Positions 17,238-27,347 of a stretch of DNA of 64,000 nucleotides are shown here, one piece after another. Position numbers and translations under genes: made by a program. Origin of the DNA: Solirubrobacterales bacterium (lineage in GTDB: Bacteria; Actinomycetota; Thermoleophilia; Solirubrobacterales; Solirubrobacteraceae); assembly GCA_038199035.1 (NCBI GenBank), contig JBBPZM010000061.1:3995-67994 (forward strand), read 5' to 3'. The notes beneath the pieces are model-generated. The model searched no databases and was not told the DNA's origin. It saw only the letters and a program-made list of their open reading frames with translations. Within the stretch, counting starts at the first letter, position 1; every line of letters begins with the position of its first letter.

Positions 17238-18973
17238 ACGGCGCAGGTCCCGCTCGCCGCCTCGCGGCGGTTGCCGTGGCGGTCGCGACGGCGGCGCTGG
17301 CCGGCTGCGGCGGCGGCGCGAGCCAGGGCGGCCACGGCCTCGAGGGGATCCCCGGCCCCGTCGCCGGCCAGCAGCGCGGCGGCACGCTGGACGTCGTCTC
17401 CCACGACGGCTTCCAGAACCTGGACCCCGGGGCCTCCTACTTCCAGCTGGACTACCAGGTCGTCTACGCCACGCACCGGCCGCTCTTCTCGTTCCGGCCC
17501 GATGACTTCCGCCGGCCCGTGCCCGACCTGGCGGCCGGGCCGGCGCGCGTGAGTCAGGACGGGCGGACGGTCACCGTGCGCATCCACCCCGACTTGCGCT
17601 ACAGCCCCGGAACGGTGAGTCGCCCCGTGCGCTCGGGCGACGTCAAGTACGCGATCGAGCGCGGCTTCGGCTCGGTGGTGGCCAACGGCTACGCCTCCTC
17701 CTACTTCGGCGACCTCGTCGGTGCCGATCACGCCCGCGGCGGGCCGATCGCCGGCATCGAGACACCCGACCAGCGCACGCTCGTGTTCCGGCTGACCAAG
17801 CCGTTCGGGCCGACGTTCGCCGACGCGCTGTCGCTGCCGCTCACCGCCCCCGTCCCGCCCGAGTACGCTCGGCGCTTCGACCGCCGGTCCCCGTCGCGCT
17901 ACGACTCCGATCCCACCGTGCAGGCTTTCACGGGGCCGTACGTGATCCGCCGCTACCAGGCCGGCAAGCTGCTCGAGCTGGCCCGCAACCCCGTTTGGCG
18001 GTCCTCCACCGACTTTCGGCCGGCCTACCTGGACCGGGTGGTGTGGCGCATCGGGGTCGACCCCAACATCGCCGGGCGCCAGATCCTCTCGGGCCGCCGG
18101 ATGGTCAACGGGGACACGCCAGCGACCGCGATCGTCGCCCGCGCCGTCCGGCGCCAGCGGCGCCAGATCAACTTCGCCCCGCAGGGGAACCGCTACATCG
18201 CGCTCAACACGCAGGTCGCCCCGTTCGACGACGTCAACGTGCGCCGGGCGGTGGTCGCCGGCATGGACCGCCGCGCGCTCCAGCTCACCCGCGGGGGGAA
18301 GGTGGCGGGCGACGTGGCCACCCACTTCCTGGCGCCCACCGCCCCCGGGTTCGAGGCGGCCGGCGGGTACAGGGGTCCCGGCTACGACTTCCTGGCCAAG
18401 CCGCAGGGGGACCTGGCCGTGGCCCGCGCCTACCTGCGCCGGGCGGGCTTTCCCAGCGGGCGCTACAGCGGCCCGCCGATCCTCGTGGTGGGCGACGACA
18501 GCGACCCGGCCGACAAGACGGCGCAGGTCGTACAGGCCGGCCTGCGCCGGCTGGGCTTCAGGGTGCGCCTGCGGCTGCTGGCCACGGACACCATGTACTC
18601 GCGCTTCTGCAACGTTCCCGCGGCGAAGGTCCAGGTCTGCCCCAACGTCGGGTGGCTGCCGGACTTCCCCGACGGCTACGCCTGGTTGTTCGCTCCCTTC
18701 GACAGCCAGTCGATCGAGCCCGAGAACAACACGAACTGGCCCCAGCTGCGCAACGCCCGGGTGGACGCGGCCATCGTCCGCGCCCAGTCGATCACCCAGC
18801 CCGCAGCGCGAGCGCGCGCCTGGGGGCAGGTCGACCGCATCGTCACCGGTCTGGCCCCCGCCGTGCCGTGGTTCTGGGACCGCACGCCGAACATCGAATC
18901 CCGCGACGTCCAGGGGGTGATCGCCCAGTGGAACGCCGCCTGGGATCTCTCCTTCTCCTCCCTGCGGCGCTGA
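17234..18973 (+). CDS. ABC transporter substrate-binding lipoprotein, family 5 (peptide/nickel)
   Basis: An in-frame GTG at 17234 overlaps the upstream stop (GTGA). The lipobox is 'ATAALAGCGG'. It has family-5 SBP length and motifs such as 'LDPGASYFQLDYQVVYATHRPLF'. Confidence 0.85.
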   Translation: MNGAGPARRLAAVAVAVATAALAGCGGGASQGGHGLEGIPGPVAGQQRGGTLDVVSHDGFQNLDPGASYFQLDYQVVYATHRPLFSFRPDDFRRPVPDLAAGPARVSQDGRTVTVRIHPDLRYSPGTVSRPVRSGDVKYAIERGFGSVVANGYASSYFGDLVGADHARGGPIAGIETPDQRTLVFRLTKPFGPTFADALSLPLTAPVPPEYARRFDRRSPSRYDSDPTVQAFTGPYVIRRYQAGKLLELARNPVWRSSTDFRPAYLDRVVWRIGVDPNIAGRQILSGRRMVNGDTPATAIVARAVRRQRRQINFAPQGNRYIALNTQVAPFDDVNVRRAVVAGMDRRALQLTRGGKVAGDVATHFLAPTAPGFEAAGGYRGPGYDFLAKPQGDLAVARAYLRRAGFPSGRYSGPPILVVGDDSDPADKTAQVVQAGLRRLGFRVRLRLLATDTMYSRFCNVPAAKVQVCPNVGWLPDFPDGYAWLFAPFDSQSIEPENNTNWPQLRNARVDAAIVRAQSITQPAARARAWGQVDRIVTGLAPAVPWFWDRTPNIESRDVQGVIAQWNAAWDLSFSSLRR

Positions 18974-19062
18974 CGGGAGGCCCGGTGGGCGCCGGGCGAG
19001 CGCGCGGCGCTCCCGGCACCCGCCGGCGAGAGGGGCGCGCGACGCCGGGCGAGGCCTGACCG

Positions 19063-20022
19063 ATGGCCGCCTACGTCCTGCGCCGCCTGGGCTGGACGGT
19101 GATCGCCCTGCTGGCGGTCAGCGCGATCACCTTCGCCATCTTCTATGCGCTGCCCTCGGCCGACCCGGCGGCCCTGCGCGCTGGGCGCCAGGCCAATCCC
19201 GCGCTGATCGAGCGCATCCGCCACACGCTCGCCCTCGATCAGCCGGTCTACGTCCAGTACTGGCGCTACATGAAGCAGGTCGTCGCGCACTTCGACTTCG
19301 GCTTCTCCTACCAGGACGACGCGCCGGTGCGCCAGCAGATCCTCGACCGCCTCCCGGCCACGATCTCGCTCACGCTAGGAGCGGTGGTGGTATGGCTGGC
19401 GATCGGGCTGCCGGTGGGGATCGTGTCGGCGATCATGCGCCGGCGGCTGGTCGACCGGGTCAGCATGGGCGGGGCCCTGGTGGCCATCTCGGCCCCGGTC
19501 TACTGGCTCGGACTGCTGAGCCTCTACCTCTTCTCCAAGGACATCGGCCGCCTGCCGCTGTTCGACGGAGCCGGGACCTACGAGCCGATCTCCCAGGACG
19601 CGGGAGCGTGGTTCGGCTCGCTGGTCATGCCCTGGGTCGTGCTGGCCGCCACGTTCGCCGCCTTCTACGCGCGCCTGCTGCGCGGCAACCTGAGCGAGGC
19701 CATGGGCGAGGACTACGTGCGCACCGCCCGGGCCAAGGGGCTGCCCGAGCGCCGGGTGGTTCTCAACCACGGCGTGCGCACGGCGATCACCCCGATCGTC
19801 ACCGTGCTCGGGCTCGACATCGGGATCCTCCTCGGCGGCGCCATCCTCACCGAGACGGTGTTCGACGTGCCCGGCGTCGGGCGGCTGCTCTTCGACGCCA
19901 TCCAGCACGCTGACCTGCCGATGATCCAGGGCACCGTCCTCTTCGGCGCCTTCTTCATCGTGGTGGCCAACCTGGTCGTCGACATGGCCTACGCCCTGCT
20001 CGATCCGCGCGTGCGGCTCTGA
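19063..20022 (+). CDS. Peptide/nickel ABC transporter permease (DppB/OppB-like)
   Basis: 319-aa ORF. Motifs are 'MAAYVLRRLGWTVIALLAVSAITFAIF', 'DYVRTARAKGLPERRVVLNHGVR' and the C-terminal 'LLDPRVRL'. Confidence 0.9.
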   Translation: MAAYVLRRLGWTVIALLAVSAITFAIFYALPSADPAALRAGRQANPALIERIRHTLALDQPVYVQYWRYMKQVVAHFDFGFSYQDDAPVRQQILDRLPATISLTLGAVVVWLAIGLPVGIVSAIMRRRLVDRVSMGGALVAISAPVYWLGLLSLYLFSKDIGRLPLFDGAGTYEPISQDAGAWFGSLVMPWVVLAATFAAFYARLLRGNLSEAMGEDYVRTARAKGLPERRVVLNHGVRTAITPIVTVLGLDIGILLGGAILTETVFDVPGVGRLLFDAIQHADLPMIQGTVLFGAFFIVVANLVVDMAYALLDPRVRL

Positions 20023-20057
20023 CCGCCTCGGTCAGCCGGTGTCGGCTTCGTCCCCCC

Positions 20058-20085
20058 GACCGGCCGCAGCTCCCCCCGGCCGGTC
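20058..20085. terminator. GC-rich hairpin between convergent ABC genes (candidate bidirectional terminator, no U-tract)
   Basis: 8-bp inverted repeat gaccggcc / ggccggtc with a 12-nt loop. It sits in the 61-nt spacer and touches the stop codon of the minus-strand ATPase gene. Confidence 0.25.
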
Positions 20086-21243
20086 AGCCGGCGTCCGCTC
20101 CGGCCCCCGCGCGGGCGGCCGCCCCAGTCCCCGCGCCGGCGGGCTCGGGCAGCCGCTCGCCCGCGCTGAGCGGGCTGTCGGGCGAGCGGGTGGCGGCGGC
20201 GACCTCGTCGGCGCCCACGTTGAGCGGGTGGTGGCAGGCGGCGAGGTGGCCGCCCGCGTACCCGGTCAGCGGCGGCTCGACCTCGGCGCACACGTCGGTG
20301 GCACGGGGGCAGCGGGTGCGGAAGCGACAGCCGCTGGGTGGGTCGGCGGGGTTGGGCGGCTCGCCGGCCACGACGACGCGCTCGCGGGCGCGGTTGCGGT
20401 GGGGATCGGGGATGGGGATCGCCGCCAGCAGCGCCGCGGTGTAGGGATGGATCGGCTTGGTGTAGAGCTCCTCGCCGGGCGAGACCTCCACCAGCTTGCC
20501 GAGGTACATGACCGCGATGCGGTCGGAGACGTGACGGACGACCGACAGGTCGTGGGCGACGAAGACGTAGGAGAGGCCGAGGTCGTCCTGGAGGTCGTCG
20601 AGCAGGTTGACGACCTGAGCCTGGATCGAGACGTCGAGCGCGGACACCGGCTCGTCGAGCATGATCAGCGCCGGCTCGACGGCCAGCGCGCGGGCCACGC
20701 CGATGCGCTGGCGCTGCCCACCCGAGAACTCGTGCGGGAAGCGGTTGATGTGCTCGGGGTTCAGGCCGACCCGCTCCAGCAGCTCGCGCACCCGCGGCTC
20801 GACCTGGCCGCGCGGCACCCCGACCAGGCGCAGCGGGCGCCCGACGATCTGGCCGACGCGCTTGCGGGGGTTCAGCGAGGCTTGTGGGTCCTGGAAGACC
20901 ATCTGCATCTCGCGGCGCACCGGCGCCAGCTCGCGCCGGCCGGCGCGGGTGATGTCGCGCCCACGGAAGCGGATCGTCCCCGCGGTCGCATCGACCAGGC
21001 GCATGAGGCAGCGGGCCAGCGTGGTCTTCCCGCAGCCCGACTCCCCCACGACGCCCAGCGTCTCGCCCTCGCCCAGCCTGAACGTCACGTCGTCGACGGC
21101 GTGCACGTGGCCGGCGCGCCGGCTGACGGCGAGCCCGCGCCTGATCGGGAAGAGGACCTGGAGGTGCTCGACCTCGAGCAGCGGCGTGGCCTCGCCTGCG
21201 CCCGGCCTGGCGCTCGCCGCGGCCTGGTCCGCCCGCCCGGCGC

Positions 21244-21247
<4 letters not shown>
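20084..21247 (-). CDS. Peptide ABC transporter ATP-binding protein (OppF/DppF-like)
   Basis: Within ORF 20084..21775 the ATG at 21247 overlaps the upstream stop (ATGA). It has Walker A 'GESGCGKTT', signature 'FSGGQRQRIGVARAL' and Walker B 'LIMLDEPVSALD'. The C-terminal oligopeptide-ATPase extension is 'PPSGCRFRTRCP'. Confidence 0.92.
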
Positions 21248-22284
<1,037 letters not shown>

Positions 22285-22321
22285 CAGCCGCTCGTCGTCC
22301 TCGCCGGTTCCGGCGCCCTCA

Positions 22322-23272
22322 TCAGCCGCTCAGCCTGATCCGCGGGTCCAGCGCCGCGTAGAGGACGTCGACCACCGCACTCAGCATCACCACGAAGAAC
22401 GCGCCGAACATCGTCACCACGAGCACCGGCGGCACGTCGAGCGCCCCGATCGACTGCGCGGCGTACTGGCCCACGCCCTGGAGGTTGAACACCGACTCGG
22501 TCAGGATCGCGCCGCCCCCGATCACCGCGGCGAAGTCCAGCCCCCACAGAGAGACGATGGGCACCATCGAGTTGCGCAGGACGTGGTGGACGAGCACGCG
22601 CCGCTCGGCCAACCCCTTGGCGCGGGCCGTGCGCACGAAGTCCTCGTTGATGGTGTCGAGCACGTTGGAGCGCAGCACGCGCGAGTAGATGCCCACGAAC
22701 AGCACCGACAGCGCCGTCCAGGGCAGCAGCAGGTGGTAGAGCCACTGGATCGGGTCCTGTGTGAGGGGGACGTAGCCGCCGTTGGGGAAGATGCCCAGCT
22801 TAAAGGCCAGCAGGTAGAGCATCACCGCCCCGACCAGGAAGACTGGGGTCGAGACGCCGACGAGTGAGAGCGCGGTCAGCGCGCGGTCGGTGAAGCGCCC
22901 GGCGGTGATCGCGCTGAACAGGCCGAAGCCCACGCCGGCGGCCAGCCACAGGATCCCCGCGCCGATCGACAGCGACAGCGTGGCCGGCAGGTCGCGCCGG
23001 ATCTCGCCGAGGACGTTGACCTGCTGGTGGTAGGAGATCACCGTGCCCGTGAAGACCTTCTTCATGGTGATGGCGTACTGGACGTAGATCGGCTTGTCGA
23101 AGCCCCAGGTGCGGCGGATCGCCGCCACCGTCTCGGGCGTCGACGTCCGCCCGGCCAGGCGCTGGGCGGGATCCCCGTTGGGGATGGCCTGGACGATCAG
23201 GAAGGTGAGGATCGAGATGGCGAACAGCACCAGGGCCATCGAGATCAGCCGGCGGGCGACGAAGCGGACCAT
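22322..23272 (-). CDS. Peptide ABC transporter permease (OppB/DppB-like)
   Basis: 316-aa ORF. Motifs are 'MVRFVARRLISMALVLFAISILTFLI', 'DFVRTARAKGLAERRVLVHHVLRN' and 'LDPRIRL'. Confidence 0.9.
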   Translation of the reverse strand: MVRFVARRLISMALVLFAISILTFLIVQAIPNGDPAQRLAGRTSTPETVAAIRRTWGFDKPIYVQYAITMKKVFTGTVISYHQQVNVLGEIRRDLPATLSLSIGAGILWLAAGVGFGLFSAITAGRFTDRALTALSLVGVSTPVFLVGAVMLYLLAFKLGIFPNGGYVPLTQDPIQWLYHLLLPWTALSVLFVGIYSRVLRSNVLDTINEDFVRTARAKGLAERRVLVHHVLRNSMVPIVSLWGLDFAAVIGGGAILTESVFNLQGVGQYAAQSIGALDVPPVLVVTMFGAFFVVMLSAVVDVLYAALDPRIRLSG

Positions 23273-23318
23273 CAGTGCCGCCTCCAGGAGACCATGTGAT
23301 CGAGCGGAGGGGGCACTG

Positions 23319-24365
23319 CTAGTGCTCGAGGCGCACCTGCGCGCGCGGGTCCAGGGCGTCGCGCACGCCGTCGCCGAAGACGTTGATCCCGAGCACGGCG
23401 GCGACCAGCATCACGCCGGGCACGAGCGTGAGGTGGATGGCGCTCGGTATCAGCCGGATGCCGTCGCTGATCATCGTCCCCCAGGACGGGTTGGGGTCCT
23501 GCACGCCGGCGCCCAGGTAGGAGAGCCCGGCCTCGAGCAGGATGGCGTTGGCCACGATCAGGGGAAGGAAGACGATCAACGTGGAGGCCACGTTGGGCAG
23601 CAGCTCGGCCGACATGATCTGGGCGGAGCGCATGCCCTGGGTGCGGGCCGCGTCGACGAATTCCTTCTCGCGCAGCCCCAGCACCTGGCCGCGGATCGGC
23701 TTGGCCACGTAGGGGACGTAGACGACCCCGATGATCACCGCGGGCACCAGCAGCGAGTTGCCCGAGAGCTTGAACAGGCCGAGATTGAGGCCGCCCAGGG
23801 CCAGCGCGGTGCCCAGGGCGACGCCCAGCAGGACCGCGGGGTAGGCCCAGATGAGGTCGAGCACGCGGGCGAGCACGCCGTCGAGCGGGCCGCGGAAGTA
23901 GCCGGCCAGCAGCCCGATCAGCGCCGCCAGGACCATGGTCAGGGCGGTGGCCACGAAGCCGACCTCGAGCGAGTTGCGCCCGCCGTAGAGCAGGCGCACG
24001 GCGATGTCGCGCCCGTTGGCGTCGGCGCCCAGCAGGAAGCGACCGTGCCAGGTCGGCCCGGTCGGGATCCCCTGGGGCGACACGACGTCGCGCACCTCTC
24101 CGCCCACGAGGACGGTGTCGGTCACGTGGTTGTCGTTGGGGCCGGTGTGGGCGACGTGGCGCGCGTAGAGCGGCGCGCACAGGCAAAGCGCGACGATGAC
24201 CAGGAAGAGCGCCCCGAAGGCCAGAGCGACGCGGTTGCGCCCCAGCCGCCTGGCGGCCAGCCGGTAGGGGCCGATGCCTGCGGCCGGCCGGGGCCCCTCG
24301 TCCCCGGCGAAGCGCTCGACCGCGGGGGGCGGGGCGGTGTCGGCGGCGGCGGGCTGGGTGGCCAT
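23319..24365 (-). CDS. Peptide ABC transporter permease (OppC/DppC-like)
   Basis: 348-aa ORF. Motifs are 'LLGADANGRDIAVRLLYG' and 'FVDAARTQGMRSAQIMSAELLPN'. It has 6 TM helices. Confidence 0.9.
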   Translation of the reverse strand: MATQPAAADTAPPPAVERFAGDEGPRPAAGIGPYRLAARRLGRNRVALAFGALFLVIVALCLCAPLYARHVAHTGPNDNHVTDTVLVGGEVRDVVSPQGIPTGPTWHGRFLLGADANGRDIAVRLLYGGRNSLEVGFVATALTMVLAALIGLLAGYFRGPLDGVLARVLDLIWAYPAVLLGVALGTALALGGLNLGLFKLSGNSLLVPAVIIGVVYVPYVAKPIRGQVLGLREKEFVDAARTQGMRSAQIMSAELLPNVASTLIVFLPLIVANAILLEAGLSYLGAGVQDPNPSWGTMISDGIRLIPSAIHLTLVPGVMLVAAVLGINVFGDGVRDALDPRAQVRLEH

Positions 24366-24433
24366 GGCTCAGGCGGGCACGGCACGACGGTCTCGCCGCG
24401 CGGCCACCATAGGCCCCGCCGGGCCCGGGGGCG

Positions 24434-26104
24434 CTACTTCAGCGACCAGCTCGACCAGTCGTTGAGGTACAGCGGGTGGAAGACCGCCGCGTCGAAGTTC
24501 AGCCGGCTCGAGAGGAACTTCGGCAGCTTCTCGGACCCGTAGACGGCGACGTAGCCCTTGCCGGCCACGTACTGGTCCAGCGCCTGCCAGTCCTTGGCCA
24601 CCGAGCCGAGCTTGGTCGTCGGCACCTTGTTCAGCCGGGCCAGCTCGCTCTGGATGTGGGGGTCGTTGACCAGGCCGAAGTTCTGGTTGTTCGTCGGCTG
24701 GATCGCGCTTCCGTCCAGGAGCAGGTAGAAGTCCGATGGGTTGGGGAAGTCCTGGATCCAGTCGGCGAACCCAGTCTGCGCTCGGGTCTTGGCGTTGCCG
24801 ATGGTGGGGAAGTAGGTCTCGTCGGAGATGATCTTCGGCGTCGCCTTGTAGCCGATCTTGTTGAGCACGCTCGTGTAGTAGTCGACGTACTCGCGGCGCG
24901 GGCTGCGCATCTGCCCCCACACCACGATCTTGGTACCGGCCGTGCCCGACTGCTGCACTAGCTGCTTGGCCTTTGCCAGGTCCGGCGCCTGGTTGGGGTC
25001 GCCGTAGGGGCACGGCGCGTCGGGGTGGCCGGTCAGCCCCTTGGGGATGAAGTAGCACTCGGGGTCGAGGAAGCCGGAGGCCAGCCGCGACAGCGCGCGC
25101 TTGTCCAGCGCGTAGTTGACGGCCTGGCGCGCCTTCTCGTTGTTGAAGGGCTTCAGGCGCGTGTTGAGGAAGAAGTAGAACGTCGACGGGATCGTCTCCT
25201 TGGAGAAGCGATCCTTGGCCCGCGACTGGATCTGGGACAGCAGGGCGGGCGGCAGGGTGTCGCCGGCGTCGAAGGCGTCGGCCTGGTCGTTGAGGACCTG
25301 CTGGGCCTCGGACTGGGTGTTGGAGGTGATGTTGACCGTGATGCGGTCGAGGTTGCCCTTGGGGATGTCGGGGATGTCCAGGCCGACGAAGCGGGGGTTC
25401 TTGACCAGCGTGAACGTCCGGTTGGGCGTGACCTTGGTGATCATGTAGGGACCCACGCCGGGGGGTGGCGAGGCCGAGAGGTTCCTGGTCGGCGTGCCCT
25501 TGGGCACGAGGCCCGCGGCGGGAAAGGCCAGGACGTTGGGGAAGGCGCCGTAGGCCTTGACGAGCTTGATGGTGATCTTGCCGGTGGCGTCGTCGGTGGT
25601 GATGCCGGAGATCGTCTTCGCACTTCCCTTGTCGAAGGCCGAGGCGCCGGCGATGTTGCCGGTGAAGAACGACTTGCCGCCCCAGTTGGCCTTGATGGCC
25701 CGCTGGATGGTGTAGGCGAAGTCGCTGGCCTTGACCGGCTTGCCACTGGAGAAGACCAGCCCCTTGCGCAGGGTCAGCGTGTAGGTCCGCCCGTCGGGCG
25801 AGATCTGGGGCAGGCTCTGGGCCAGGCCGGGAATCAGCTCGGTGCCCTGGGGCGCGGGCGCGTGCTTGTAGGTCAGCAGCGGCGTGTAGGTAATCCACGT
25901 CGCCTCGGCCGACTGCGTCGTATAGCCCTGCGCCGGGTCGAGGAAGTCTGGGGCTGTGCCCATCAGCACGGTGGCCGCTCCGCCCTGCTTGCCGCCGCCC
26001 GTGGCGGCGTTCTGCCCTCCGCCGCCACCGCCGCAGGCGCTCAGGGCGAGCGCCAGCGCCATCGCGCCCGCGGATCCCAGGATCAGCCGAATCGGCTTGC
26101 TCAT
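24434..26104 (-). CDS. ABC transporter substrate-binding lipoprotein, family 5 (peptide/nickel)
   Basis: 556-aa ORF with lipobox 'LALALSACGGGG'. It has family-5 SBP architecture and is the first gene of the minus-strand SBP-permease-permease-ATPase-ATPase operon. Confidence 0.88.
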   Translation of the reverse strand: MSKPIRLILGSAGAMALALALSACGGGGGGQNAATGGGKQGGAATVLMGTAPDFLDPAQGYTTQSAEATWITYTPLLTYKHAPAPQGTELIPGLAQSLPQISPDGRTYTLTLRKGLVFSSGKPVKASDFAYTIQRAIKANWGGKSFFTGNIAGASAFDKGSAKTISGITTDDATGKITIKLVKAYGAFPNVLAFPAAGLVPKGTPTRNLSASPPPGVGPYMITKVTPNRTFTLVKNPRFVGLDIPDIPKGNLDRITVNITSNTQSEAQQVLNDQADAFDAGDTLPPALLSQIQSRAKDRFSKETIPSTFYFFLNTRLKPFNNEKARQAVNYALDKRALSRLASGFLDPECYFIPKGLTGHPDAPCPYGDPNQAPDLAKAKQLVQQSGTAGTKIVVWGQMRSPRREYVDYYTSVLNKIGYKATPKIISDETYFPTIGNAKTRAQTGFADWIQDFPNPSDFYLLLDGSAIQPTNNQNFGLVNDPHIQSELARLNKVPTTKLGSVAKDWQALDQYVAGKGYVAVYGSEKLPKFLSSRLNFDAAVFHPLYLNDWSSWSLK

Positions 26105-26174
26105 GTGCCTCTCCTCAACGCTCGACTCCGCCGCCCCTCGCGGCGCGCGCAGTCTAACCCCGCGCCGGCCCGGC

Positions 26175-26843
26175 TTACGAGCCGCCGGGGCGATCGTCGT
26201 CGGGTGCGGGCTCCTCGTCGTCGCCCTCGTCGTCCTCCTCGTAGAGCGACTCGCGCGCCAGCTCGCGTCCGCGGTAGTCGAAGAGCGCCACCTCGAGCAG
26301 GTCCGAGCGGTAGTCGTCGGGGGCGATCATCGTGAAGCGCTCCTCGACGAGGGCGCACTGGTCGACCACGACGTCGGCCAGCTCGGCGGTGACGATCGCC
26401 CCGCCCGGAACCAGCGCTCGACCCCAGACGAGCGTGATCGTCGCCGCCTTGCCCTGCTCGCCGCGCCAGCTCCCGATCGCCTCGTCGCACAGGTCGAGCT
26501 TCCAGCCGGGGTTGCGCTCGGCGGTCTGGGCGGTGAAGTCGGCCACCGCCTCCGAGGCGGTCGGCTCGGTGCCCTCCTCGCCCGGGGCGAACGAGACGTA
26601 GCCGAAGAGCTCGAGCTCGGTGGAGGTCAGGGTGGTGGCGGGGACGTAGGTGCGCCCGGCGTAGGTGCGATCTGGGTGCCAGGAGATCTCGCCCGGGGTC
26701 CCGAGGTCCTCGCCTTCCGCGTCGACGCGGCGGCATGCCTCGGCGAACTCGCGGGCCAGGCGCTCCTCCCAGCGCCCATAGGGCAGCCCCTCCTGAGGCG
26801 GCTCGGCGGCGAACCGGGGAACCAGGCGATCGGTCGGAGCCAC
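26175..26843 (-). CDS. Hypothetical cytoplasmic protein with an acidic C-terminal tail
   Basis: 222-aa ORF with high third-position GC. It is co-directional with dtd and 20 nt downstream of it. The tail reads 'YEEDDEGDDEEPAPDDD'. No family was recognised. Confidence 0.6.
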   Translation of the reverse strand: MAPTDRLVPRFAAEPPQEGLPYGRWEERLAREFAEACRRVDAEGEDLGTPGEISWHPDRTYAGRTYVPATTLTSTELELFGYVSFAPGEEGTEPTASEAVADFTAQTAERNPGWKLDLCDEAIGSWRGEQGKAATITLVWGRALVPGGAIVTAELADVVVDQCALVEERFTMIAPDDYRSDLLEVALFDYRGRELARESLYEEDDEGDDEEPAPDDDRPGGS

Positions 26844-26863
26844 GCGGCGTGGAGCCTACGCGG

Positions 26864-27286
26864 TCAGCCGCTCTGCTCGAGCAGCAGCGTCACCGGCCCG
26901 TCGTTGACCAGCTCGACGGCCATCGTCGCGCCGAACACCCCGCGGGCCGCGCCCAGGCGATCGCAGAAGCGCTCGTACAGCGGCCCGGCGTGCTCGGGCG
27001 GCGCGGCCGCGACGTAGGAGGGGCGGTTGCCCCGCCGCGTGTCCCCGTAGAGCGTGAACTGCGAGACGCAGAGCACGTCGCGCTCCCCCAGCGGCTCGTT
27101 CATGCGCCCGCCGGCGTCGGAGAAGACCCGCAGCGCCCGGACCCTGTCGGCGAGCCGGTCGCAGCCCGCCTCGTCGTCGGCGTGGGTGACGCCGAGCAGG
27201 ACCGCCAGCCCCTTACCGATGCTCGCCACCTCGGCGCCGTCGACGACGACCGACGCCCGCGACACCCGCTGGACCAGGGCACGCAT
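26864..27286 (-). CDS. dtd: D-aminoacyl-tRNA deacylase
   Basis: 140-aa ORF reading 'MRALVQRVSRASVVVDG...IGKGLAVLLGV...VLCVSQFTLYGDTRRGNRPSY...FGATMAVELVNDGPVT'. This is the classic Dtd sequence. Confidence 0.93.
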   Translation of the reverse strand: MRALVQRVSRASVVVDGAEVASIGKGLAVLLGVTHADDEAGCDRLADRVRALRVFSDAGGRMNEPLGERDVLCVSQFTLYGDTRRGNRPSYVAAAPPEHAGPLYERFCDRLGAARGVFGATMAVELVNDGPVTLLLEQSG

Positions 27287-27292
27287 CCGTCA

Positions 27293-27298
27293 ACACTA
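27293..27298 (-). promoter_or_regulatory. -10-like hexamer TAGTGT positioned for a leaderless dtd transcript
   Basis: The minus strand reads CCCATAGTGTTGACGGATG. TAGTGT (TANNNT) is followed by exactly 6 nt and then the dtd ATG. No Shine-Dalgarno sequence is present. Confidence 0.35.
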
Positions 27299-27304
27299 TG
27301 GGCG

Positions 27305-27341
27305 TGGCGCTTTTGTCGGTATATGGCCACCAAAAACGCCA
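27305..27341. other. AT-rich hairpin in the AEC transporter-dtd spacer
   Basis: Arms tggcgctttt / aaaaacgcca form a 10-bp stem with 1 mismatch and a 17-nt loop. It starts 7 nt after the transporter stop. This is the lowest-GC spot in the neighbourhood. Confidence 0.3.
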
Positions 27342-27347
27342 TCCTGA

